Virus record (IMG/VR): IMGVR_UViG_3300044638_004201
Location: 9,790-73,789 of that record
DNA from: a virus
Strand: one strand, 5' to 3'
DNA length: 64,000 bases
The position numbers and the translations under genes were made by a program. The notes beneath the pieces were generated by a model. That model worked only from the letters and a program-made list of their open reading frames with translations, searched no databases and was not told where the DNA came from. Positions 17,731-25,533 of this stretch are shown here, one piece after another. Positions within the stretch are counted from its first letter, which is position 1, and the number at the start of each line of letters is the position of its first letter.

Positions 17731-18206
17731 TAGAGAACGCCAAAGAACCTGAGGTCTCAGAGCCAACACCCGTGCTTGAGAGTGCGGAAGTTGTCCCTAC
17801 ATTTGCCCCACCAGCGCAACCCGAACCCGTGTGGACAGAGCCAGAAACTCTAGAAGCAGAAGTTGTTGAAGAAGTTGTTGCTGTTGCTGCACCTGTCGAA
17901 GAGGCAAAAAGTAAAAATGATGCACCAGCCCCGTCAAAACTTGCTGCATCTAAAAAAGTTGTTTCGTTGTCGAACCTTGTTTTCGAGTCGAAATCCAGAA
18001 ATTCTGCATCAGTTGGTTTGGTGCAATTCCGTCTTGTCGAACTCGGCTTTCTCGATGCGGGTAGTGACAAGTTTGGTTGGCTAAGTGCAGGGACTATGAA
18101 GTCTCTCGCTCAGTTTGCTAAGACTTCGGTAGAAAAAGTCAATGCTCAGGACGAGAAACTAATCTCTTGTTTGTTCGAAGGGACTTCAGTAGAAGTCACT
18201 AACTAA
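17727..18206 (+). CDS. Protein with acidic Pro/Ala-rich N-terminus and peptidoglycan-binding-like C-terminus
   Basis: VGLVQFRLVELGF...DKFGWLSAGTMKSL resembles PG_binding_1; GAAGGAG RBS before TTG. Confidence 0.5.
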   Translation: MIENAKEPEVSEPTPVLESAEVVPTFAPPAQPEPVWTEPETLEAEVVEEVVAVAAPVEEAKSKNDAPAPSKLAASKKVVSLSNLVFESKSRNSASVGLVQFRLVELGFLDAGSDKFGWLSAGTMKSLAQFAKTSVEKVNAQDEKLISCLFEGTSVEVTN

Positions 18207-18320
18207 GTATTAACAAAATCAACGCCTTGCTCGTCACTTAAACTTGACTTGCAGGGCGTTGTTTTTTACTTTTTGCGTCCTTGTGTGGAGTTTGGAAGGA
18301 CGGCATAAGGCGTCAAAAAA

Positions 18321-18352
18321 GAAACCCCCTAGCAAAAACTAGGGGGCTTTCT
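18321..18352. terminator. Bidirectional terminator between convergent units
   Basis: GAAACCCCCTAG-CAAAAA-CTAGGGGGCTTTC flanked by A and T tracts. Confidence 0.75.
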
Positions 18353-18370
18353 TTATTCCAGAACCAGAAC

Positions 18371-19036
18371 TTAGACTGTGCTTCTGTTTTTGTGTAGAAC
18401 GGGCTTGTAGGAAGAAGATTTTCCTAGTGTAGTTGTGCGGTATCCATACCGAACCAAGCGGAAAGCAAGTGCCGAAGTAGTTACTCCTAATAACTTTGCC
18501 AAGCGATAGAGAGTAACTTTTTGTTCGTTGTGTGCTTGATTGAGTAGGTAGGTGTATTCCTCAGCCTCAGCGCGAAAGCGAGGGCTGTTTGCTCTTACCT
18601 GCTGTGCGTAGGGTTGAAGTTCCTTCAGCCTTGCCAGTAGTTCAGGTGTAGGCATTACATAACGAGATTGCCCTACCTTTGGTGCGTGCTTTGGAACGGG
18701 TGGAACAAATAGCGTTGGCGGAACGCCTGTGCTAGTGTGAGAGTTTAGAATTACTCTAATCATCTGCGGAGATAATTTAGACGCTCTCGCTACGGACGCT
18801 TGTGTCCAGCCAGCACCTACTAACGCCACTACATAATCGTTTCTCATTTTTTTATCTAGTGGGCTTGTCAGCATAGAAAAAGCCACAACCACATTTTCAG
18901 GTAGTTGTAGTTTTGCTATTTTGTTCTGCCCTGCCCTGCGATAGAAAGTAGGTCTTTCTGTTCTAATTGCGTAGCGTGCCCCGTGAGCCTTTTCTAGTTG
19001 GCCGGGGTTAGTGCGGAAGTTGATTGCGGTTGTCAT
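18371..19036 (-). CDS. Tandem-HTH DNA-binding protein (paralog of 21326..21826)
   Basis: AGWTQASVARAS and VTLYRLAKLLGVTTSALAFRL HTH patterns. Confidence 0.7.
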   Translation of the reverse strand: MTTAINFRTNPGQLEKAHGARYAIRTERPTFYRRAGQNKIAKLQLPENVVVAFSMLTSPLDKKMRNDYVVALVGAGWTQASVARASKLSPQMIRVILNSHTSTGVPPTLFVPPVPKHAPKVGQSRYVMPTPELLARLKELQPYAQQVRANSPRFRAEAEEYTYLLNQAHNEQKVTLYRLAKLLGVTTSALAFRLVRYGYRTTTLGKSSSYKPVLHKNRSTV

Positions 19037-19053
19037 TTTGTCCTTTGTTTGAG

Positions 19054-19389
19054 TTAGTCAATACGGAGAAACTCACGAAGTTGTTTCGCGGTTTCATCAT
19101 TGAGTCCTAGCGTTTCGCCTTCCTCACCTGTGCCACCTGTGAAGATTACATCTCCACAAATAAAGTCAGTAAGTCCGAAATACTTTTCCCATAAGAAAGT
19201 TGCCATAGGGTTGATTGGCAACCCATAAAGTTTTCCTTCTTCATTTACCCAGATTGTCAAGTCTGCGGTGAAGTCTATCGCTTGAACAAGTCCGCCTACG
19301 GCAGATTGAAGTTGCTCTAGTTGAGAACCTTCATCTGCTAGTTGGACTTCCTCTGCTTGTCCTTCAGCATTTAGTTTGATAGCAAGCAT
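19054..19389 (-). CDS. DUF3846-like protein
   Basis: LEQLQSAVGG, VNEEGKL.GLPIN, ICGDVIFTG. Confidence 0.75.
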   Translation of the reverse strand: MLAIKLNAEGQAEEVQLADEGSQLEQLQSAVGGLVQAIDFTADLTIWVNEEGKLYGLPINPMATFLWEKYFGLTDFICGDVIFTGGTGEEGETLGLNDETAKQLREFLRID

Positions 19390-19450
19390 TTTATTTCCTT
19401 TCTGTTTGATAAGTGTAAGGCTAGACCATAGGAATAGCCCTTGTCAAGTT

Positions 19451-19624
19451 TTATTTATAAATTACTTTGTGCGTTGCTTTTATTGCTTTTACTACGACCC
19501 AAGAGAATAATTTACCAATTATTTCTGCTTGCTCGTCATAACTAACAATAGGTGCTTTACGCTTTGGCTTGCGGTGTAGGCGTTTGTAAGTTCCTACTAT
19601 TGCGCTATCAGGTAGTCCTCGCAT
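19451..19624 (-). CDS. Small hypothetical protein (57 aa)
   Basis: Read manually; own promoter and RBS. Confidence 0.5.
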   Translation of the reverse strand: MRGLPDSAIVGTYKRLHRKPKRKAPIVSYDEQAEIIGKLFSWVVVKAIKATHKVIYK

Positions 19625-19670
19625 TTTCTTTCCTTTCCCTTGTCTTAGTGATAATACTATGGCATAGCCT

Positions 19671-20160
19671 TACGCTTGTCAAGTCTTTAGGGTGTGTTTT
19701 AGGACACATTTAGTCTAGGGTTTAGAACGCTGTGTGCGGATAGTCTGCGAAAGTTGTTTGTAGAAGTAGAACCGGTTAGCCAGATTTTTACTTTTTGGCT
19801 ACCTTCGCCAGAAAAAAACCCCCTTTCGGGGGCTTTTAGTTTTTAGACTAGGGTTAGCGAGGCTTCGCTTTCCCTTTGTCTTGATACCTGTAAGCGGTAT
19901 TCAAGTCTGCTCTCTGGGCGATTTATGGCTTTTTGGCAACCTGTCCAGTCTGTGTGCGCTAGTGCCATAGTCTCTGCGCCTTTTTGTTTATGGACTAGTG
20001 CGGTGTAATCCTCGTTGCTCATAATCTCTACCGAGCAGGAATAGCAGACCTTTCCAAGTCCTACTACTTTCTTTTTGTTTTTCATCTTTCCCCCTTGTTT
20101 GTGCTTATAAGATAAGCCTATGCTAGTGTCTTACGCTTGTCAAGTCTTTAGGGTGTGTTT
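19671..20160 (-). repeat. 29-bp direct repeat (19671-19699 and 20132-20160) containing -35 box and half CRP-like box
   Basis: TACGCTTGTCAAGTCTTTAGGGTGTGTTT twice. Confidence 0.8.
19843..20085 (-). CDS. Zn-binding hypothetical protein
   Basis: CYSC...H...C; AAGGGGG RBS; terminator 19812-19838. Confidence 0.6.
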   Translation of the reverse strand: MKNKKKVVGLGKVCYSCSVEIMSNEDYTALVHKQKGAETMALAHTDWTGCQKAINRPESRLEYRLQVSRQRESEASLTLV

Positions 20161-20219
20161 CCTATCACATCTTTAGGGCAAAAGAAAAACCCCCCTTGCG
20201 GGGGGCTTCTCTGTAAGTT

Positions 20220-20378
20220 TTAGTTAGTTGCCCAGAAGTTTTCTACTGCGAAGTTCTCAGGCTTGGACGCCTTGCGCTTTGGCTTGCTCACCTTGCGGGC
20301 TTCCATAATCCATAGGATGATGAGAGGTGTGTTTAGAAGTAGTGCGCCTGCGATAATCTGAAGTAGTGCTGTTGTCAT
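20220..20378 (-). CDS. Small membrane protein (52 aa)
   Basis: Read manually; AAGGGG RBS; terminator 20185-20208. Confidence 0.5.
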   Translation of the reverse strand: MTTALLQIIAGALLLNTPLIILWIMEARKVSKPKRKASKPENFAVENFWATN

Positions 20379-20527
20379 TTTATTTCCCCTTGTCTGTAAG
20401 CACTCTCTGTGCTTATGAGATAAGACTATGATACTGTTCCACGCTTGTCAAGCCCTAAAAGGCAGATGACTGGTCATACTTTTGGCAACAAAAAAGCCCC
20501 CTTGCGGGGGCTTCCTTGCCTAGTTTA

Positions 20528-20749
20528 TTAGACTAGAGATAGGGCTGGCTTTGGGTGGTTGAGGACAATAGCCAAGATTTCCTCAGCGTTTAGCATACGG
20601 GCTTCCTTGCCGTAGCCTTCTTCCATAACAATTACCTCAGTAATTGGTGCGGTGGTGTTGAGTAGCAAGTCTCTAACCTGTGCGGTGGTATCTACTACGA
20701 AGTTGTAGTTATGTCCTTCAGTTGTAATGCTTACCCCGTGTTGTGTCAT
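20528..20749 (-). CDS. Hypothetical protein
   Basis: ORF track; promoter 20822; terminator 20491-20513. Confidence 0.6.
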   Translation of the reverse strand: MTQHGVSITTEGHNYNFVVDTTAQVRDLLLNTTAPITEVIVMEEGYGKEARMLNAEEILAIVLNHPKPALSLV

Positions 20750-21325
20750 TTCTTTTCCTGTCTTTTCGTGTAGCCCCTTTGACTACATACCTAACACTAG
20801 AACACGCCTAGACTATTGTCAAGTATTGTCCTAGTCTTTGTTAGTGTTTTGTATCACACCTTTAGACAAGAGCCTAGCCCCCTTGTTATCTAATCGTTAT
20901 CAAAAGCCTTGACACTTAGCCCCCTTATGTCTAAGACACTAGCCAAGTTGTTTGTAAGTTAGTCAGCCGGAGAGATGACCAAGTGATAACACTAGACACT
21001 AGAGAAAGTTTAGAAAATAAAATAAATAATAATTGTTTGTAAGTTTTTAGAGACAAGAACGCCTCAATAAAAGTCTTATAGCCCAAATAAATAAATAAAA
21101 TAATAAAAAAAGATTACCTAAGACTTCAGAACCTAAGAAAAAAATAAAAAGTTGTCTGTAGTTTATTTTTATCCGGAAACGATTTGGAAAAGTGTTAATA
21201 CTATGCAGAGCCTTGTCACAGGCCAAAACCAAAATATGGAAAGGTTCATATATTCGTCTTTGTCGTCCAATGATTTTGCTGCTTTAGTCTTGTACGGCAT
21301 CTAAAAAACCCTGTAGGATAGGGGT

Positions 21326-21826
21326 ATGAAGAAAAAGACAAGACTCCCAGATGATGAGGTGAGATTTTTGTCCAGTCTTCCAGATGAAATGCTTCCCCCA
21401 CGCCTCCGTGCCCTTTGGGAGGCTGGCTGGTCATTGGCTGTAATTGCTAACTCACTCAAACCTGTTCGTCCTAAGTCAACAGTTCACTTCTGGGTCAAGA
21501 ATGCTAAGTCAGAAGAGCAGAGAAGGCCAGTCCCACCTACCCCACCTAAATCTTTAACCTCTACCGCCCCACTAAACAATGCCCCACGCATGAGGTCTAT
21601 CTCCCCAAGCGTTCCGCCAGAGTTGAGACCTCAACTCAAGCAACTTGCTGACCTCTCAAAGAGATATAGAGCAAAGACACCAAGCAATAGCCCCCTTGCG
21701 ATAGCCAACAAGGAACTCACAGCGATTGCAAAAGAACTTAGAGACCGTGGCGTACCCGCTGCGGACATCGCTGAAGCCGCTGGAGTTACCTACAGAGCAA
21801 TGGCAAGGCGACTAAGCAATGTCTAG
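21326..21826 (+). CDS. Tandem-HTH DNA-binding protein
   Basis: AGWSLAVIANSL...KSTVHFWV and GVPAADIAEAAGVTYRAMARRL; probably leaderless (TAGGAT 21314). Confidence 0.75.
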   Translation: MKKKTRLPDDEVRFLSSLPDEMLPPRLRALWEAGWSLAVIANSLKPVRPKSTVHFWVKNAKSEEQRRPVPPTPPKSLTSTAPLNNAPRMRSISPSVPPELRPQLKQLADLSKRYRAKTPSNSPLAIANKELTAIAKELRDRGVPAADIAEAAGVTYRAMARRLSNV

Positions 21827-22166
21827 AACCTATAAAAACACTTCTGGCACATACTCTGAAGAAGACCTTGTAGTAGCAGTCTGGTTCAACCCTAAAAAAG
21901 TAAAGTCCAGACCTAACGCCAGACGTTTAGAGACACTTACCTCTGAAAAATCACACTACCCTATTGCTTTTCCATTAGCAACACTTCAGGAAACAGAGTC
22001 TTGGATGTATTGCCCTGTTGCTAAACAGCCTAGCGACTTAGAAACCTTTCTAACACCAGAGAAAGCAACTAGAGAGAAGCCTCTACTAGTCCCACTAACT
22101 CTTGCTAAGTCTTATCTTGGCTGGCTTGAGTTCCACATACCATCTGAATACACGGAGACTAAGTGA
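21819..22166 (+). CDS. Hypothetical protein
   Basis: ORF track, overlapping operon. Confidence 0.6.
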   Translation: MSRTYKNTSGTYSEEDLVVAVWFNPKKVKSRPNARRLETLTSEKSHYPIAFPLATLQETESWMYCPVAKQPSDLETFLTPEKATREKPLLVPLTLAKSYLGWLEFHIPSEYTETK

Positions 22167-22522
22167 GAGTACAAGCAGATGTATTTCCATCAGTAGTTGC
22201 TTTGGCAGAACCGAATTCTTTAGAGGATTTGAGAGAGTTGATGCCCAAAGGTGCTGCCCCGAAAGGAACCAGAAGGCTTGATAGGTGTCGTGTCGTGGTT
22301 TTCAACAATAAGTTGCTTATCGCTGTAGACTCTCCGTCAGGACCTAATCTAGTGTTCCAAGAAAATATTACTTTTTATGAGAAATACGAAAAGGTACATC
22401 GAGTGATTACCGAAACAGGAAAACTTATAGCCTTCAAAAAGGATGACAACTGTGGATGCGGCTCACGCTTGCGTTCTTGGAGCCCTTATGGAAGCACTTT
22501 GATGGTTCAGGGGGATAATTGA
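22163..22522 (+). CDS. Hypothetical protein (CGCGSRL motif)
   Basis: ORF track. Confidence 0.65.
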   Translation: MRVQADVFPSVVALAEPNSLEDLRELMPKGAAPKGTRRLDRCRVVVFNNKLLIAVDSPSGPNLVFQENITFYEKYEKVHRVITETGKLIAFKKDDNCGCGSRLRSWSPYGSTLMVQGDN

Positions 22523-22812
22523 TTACAGACTTCTTCCAGTTAGCAATTGCTGGACTAGCGACCTACAGAATATCTAGGTTGATAGTTAGAGACGAGATTT
22601 TTGATAAACCCCGTAACTGGATATGGGAAAAGTTCCCTCCAGAGAGCAATAAGTTCGGGTATTTCTTTACCTGTATGTGGTGTACTAGTGTTTGGGTCGC
22701 ATCATTACTTGTAATATCCCGTATCATTATTCCAGAGGCCACGCAAGTAGTTGAAATAGTCTTAGCGCTTTCTGCTATTGCTGGCTTGTTATCCGCACAC
22801 GAGGATAGGTAG
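22519..22812 (+). CDS. DUF1360-like membrane protein
   Basis: LATYRISRLIVRDEIF..R, CMWCTSVW. Confidence 0.75.
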   Translation: MITDFFQLAIAGLATYRISRLIVRDEIFDKPRNWIWEKFPPESNKFGYFFTCMWCTSVWVASLLVISRIIIPEATQVVEIVLALSAIAGLLSAHEDR

Positions 22813-22848
22813 TCCTGGTGTTCCGTAACGAAGACGAGGAGTAAATCT

Positions 22849-24618
22849 GTGGGCGTATTCAAACGCGAAGAACCATCCAGTGAACCTGTTCGTCCTGCCG
22901 TTCCCAAGAAAGCATCCTCGCCTAAAAAGGGTAAATCAAAATCTACTACTCGCTCTACACAATTAGTTGCTCGTCGTAGTTCTTCTAAAGTTTCTGGACC
23001 TGCCTCAGTATTTTTATCATCACCTGCATCTTCTGTTGCATATTCAACTCCACGTTCTTTAACTGCTGCCGCAGTTCAAATCAAAATTAATGATAAAGGC
23101 GAGTTTGAACAATTTAGACAACGTCGCGCCGCTGGTTCATCAGCATGGCAAGCAGAAGCATGGGAATACTACGACGCAATCGGTGAAGTGAAGTATGCCT
23201 TCAACCTTGTTGCATCAGTTGTTTCACGAATTAGAATTTATGCAGCGGTTGTAGAGAACGCATCTGAGTCCCCAACATCTGTACGCAATGCACGAATTAT
23301 TGATCCACGTCTTGCTGCTGCCGCAGAAAGAGCACTTGCTCGTTTAGATTCTGCATACGGCGGACAAGCAGGACTTCTTAAGGATGCAGCACTTAATCTT
23401 TCAGTTGCTGGTGAATGTTATTTAGTTCAGATGCCAGAGAAAAAGGGATCAGGCGTTCCTGAATCTTGGGACATTCGTTCCGTTGATGAAATTATGGCAG
23501 ATGCTCGTGGTGGATACAACGTTATTGGTCGCCGTGAACAAACAGCAGGTGGATCTATAGGAGTTAATCGTCTTGCTAATGGTGCATTCGTAGGACGCAT
23601 TTGGCGTTCACATCCACGTTACTCAGATGAAGCAGATTCATCACTACGCGGTCTTCTAGACCTTTGCGCAGAACTTCTTTTGCTCAACAGAACATTCCGT
23701 GCAACAGCACGCTCTCGCCTAAACGCTGGCGCTCTTTACTTACCAGATGGTTTATCAGTTGCTGCACAAGGCGACCCTGACTATCCATATGATGAGGCAG
23801 ACAGTGAATTAAATCCTGGCTTTACAGCAGAAGAAGCAGAAGATGAGTTTGAAGAACAACTTATTGATGCAATGACAACTCCGATTCGTGATGAAGAATC
23901 CGCATCAGCAGTTGTTCCGCTTATCATTCGTGGCCCTGCCGAACTTGGCGATGCCATTAAACAATTTAAGTTTGAGCGTTCGTTCGACCCTGCGTTGGCT
24001 CAACGTGCAGACCGTGTTCTTGAACGTATCCTTCAAGGTTTAGATGTTCCAAAGGATGTAGTCACTGGTCTTGCCAATGTGAAATATTCGAACGCTCTAC
24101 AAATTGACGAAGCACTCTACAAGGCACACATTGAACCATTGATGTTGCTCATTGCAGATGCTTTGACTATCGTCTATCTACGCCCATACCTCACTGCTCA
24201 AGGTTTCAACGCAACTGAGGTTGACAGAATTGTTGTTTGGTATGACCCAAGCGCAGTTTCAACTCGCAATGACAGAGCAATGGATGCTGACTCTGGATTT
24301 GACAGAGGAATTATCTCTGGAGAGACATGGCGTCGTGCTCACGGCTTCTCTGCATCTGATACACCTACAGCAGAAGAAGTTGGAATCAGAATGCTCTTTG
24401 AAAAGGGAGCAATCACACCTGAACTTACTGAAGCAATGCTTGGTGCACTAAGTCCTGAACTTATGATGAAGGTAAGAGAGGCTCAACAAGGCGCATCTGT
24501 TGCTCCGCTACCTGAAAGTGTTGAACAACTTCTACAACAAGCAACTTCTGGAGCACCTGCGGAAGGCGGTGAACCAAATGTCGAAGACAATCAGCCAGAC
24601 ACCAGCACCGAAGTCTGA
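22849..24618 (+). CDS. Portal protein (cluster-B-like)
   Basis: WQAEAWEYYDAIGE, NLSVAGECY, RIWRSHPR..EADS, ASAVVP; first large gene of head module. Confidence 0.85.
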   Translation: MGVFKREEPSSEPVRPAVPKKASSPKKGKSKSTTRSTQLVARRSSSKVSGPASVFLSSPASSVAYSTPRSLTAAAVQIKINDKGEFEQFRQRRAAGSSAWQAEAWEYYDAIGEVKYAFNLVASVVSRIRIYAAVVENASESPTSVRNARIIDPRLAAAAERALARLDSAYGGQAGLLKDAALNLSVAGECYLVQMPEKKGSGVPESWDIRSVDEIMADARGGYNVIGRREQTAGGSIGVNRLANGAFVGRIWRSHPRYSDEADSSLRGLLDLCAELLLLNRTFRATARSRLNAGALYLPDGLSVAAQGDPDYPYDEADSELNPGFTAEEAEDEFEEQLIDAMTTPIRDEESASAVVPLIIRGPAELGDAIKQFKFERSFDPALAQRADRVLERILQGLDVPKDVVTGLANVKYSNALQIDEALYKAHIEPLMLLIADALTIVYLRPYLTAQGFNATEVDRIVVWYDPSAVSTRNDRAMDADSGFDRGIISGETWRRAHGFSASDTPTAEEVGIRMLFEKGAITPELTEAMLGALSPELMMKVREAQQGASVAPLPESVEQLLQQATSGAPAEGGEPNVEDNQPDTSTEV

Positions 24619-25531
24619 TCAGATTAAAGGTTCATCAAAAAACAAAAAAGATTCTGCTAAAGGAACTAAAGAAGCACGCAAAGTAAAATTTTCAGCATCA
24701 GTTGAAGCATCTTTGAAAGAAAAAGTTTCTAAGCATAATGAAAAAGCACCATCTGGACGTAAAGCATCGCTAGGAATGCTCAAAGCGGTCTATCGCCGTG
24801 GCGCAGGAGCATTTAGTGTCTCGCATCGTCCTGGAATGAATCGCAATCAATGGGCTATGGGTCGCGTCAATGCTTTTCTAAAACTTCTCAAGTCTGGAAA
24901 GCCTACTAACTCTGCTTACACCACTGACAATGACCTTTTACCTTCTGGACATCCTCGTTCTACTAAAAAATTTAATTCAATTACAGCAGCAGGTCTTGTT
25001 CCAGAAGAACAAGAGTTAGCAGCAGCACTTGTTGAGATTGCTACCAAGTATGGAAAGTTTAATGAAGATGAAACTGGCATATGGGCTGGCTACACATCTG
25101 CGGCAGATAACAAAGACCAAGAAATCGGCGTTCATTGCGCCAACTGCGTTCTTTATGCTGGCGGAGACCAATGCCAAATCATTTCCCTACCTGTAGAGCC
25201 AATGGGAGTATGTCGTTTTGCTGTTCTTCCTGATGGCGTAATCAAAAAAGAAGGAAAAACATCTATGAAAGATGTTGAAGAGTTTGCATACGAGCAAGAA
25301 CTTAATATTGAACTAAAAAATAAAGAAGATTACCTATATCCAGAAGACGCTATCCTTGCTATGGCAGAGTATTCAGGTTATGGATATGAAGCAGAAGAAG
25401 CAATTAGAGCAAGTTGGCTTCGCGGCGTAAGAAATGGCGATGACCCTTTTCTTCGTGCTTCGCTTTTAGCATCTTTGGGTCATGCAAGTCTTGATGGAGA
25501 TTTATTACCAGAGTTTGAGGAAGGTATATAA
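24578..25531 (+). CDS. Head-associated protein: DUF5824-like leader + HiPIP-like Cys domain
   Basis: LKAVYRRGAGAF..SHRPG...WAMGRVNAF; CANC...C...C; start moved to ATG 24578. Confidence 0.6.
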   Translation: MSKTISQTPAPKSDQIKGSSKNKKDSAKGTKEARKVKFSASVEASLKEKVSKHNEKAPSGRKASLGMLKAVYRRGAGAFSVSHRPGMNRNQWAMGRVNAFLKLLKSGKPTNSAYTTDNDLLPSGHPRSTKKFNSITAAGLVPEEQELAAALVEIATKYGKFNEDETGIWAGYTSAADNKDQEIGVHCANCVLYAGGDQCQIISLPVEPMGVCRFAVLPDGVIKKEGKTSMKDVEEFAYEQELNIELKNKEDYLYPEDAILAMAEYSGYGYEAEEAIRASWLRGVRNGDDPFLRASLLASLGHASLDGDLLPEFEEGI

Positions 25532-25533
25532 GA

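Larger units (their letters stand above)
494..19796. repeat. Dispersed 12-mer AAAAAGTAAAAA, 17 exact copies (plus one at 62824)
   Basis: + strand: 1890, 6201, 7383, 7813, 8580, 10931, 11407, 13370, 14305, 15782, 16297, 17207, 17906; - strand: 494, 12068, 18263, 19785. Confidence 0.9.

Noticed and set aside
494-19796. CRISPR array from the repeated 12-/14-mers
   Set aside because: Repeats are too short, irregularly spaced by 0.3-4 kb, in both orientations, and there are no cas genes
2502-21000. GACAC (WhiA-type) boxes near promoters (2502, 12192, 15255, 16740)
   Set aside because: 5-mer is too short and positions/orientations relative to -35 are inconsistent; cannot be supported without statistics
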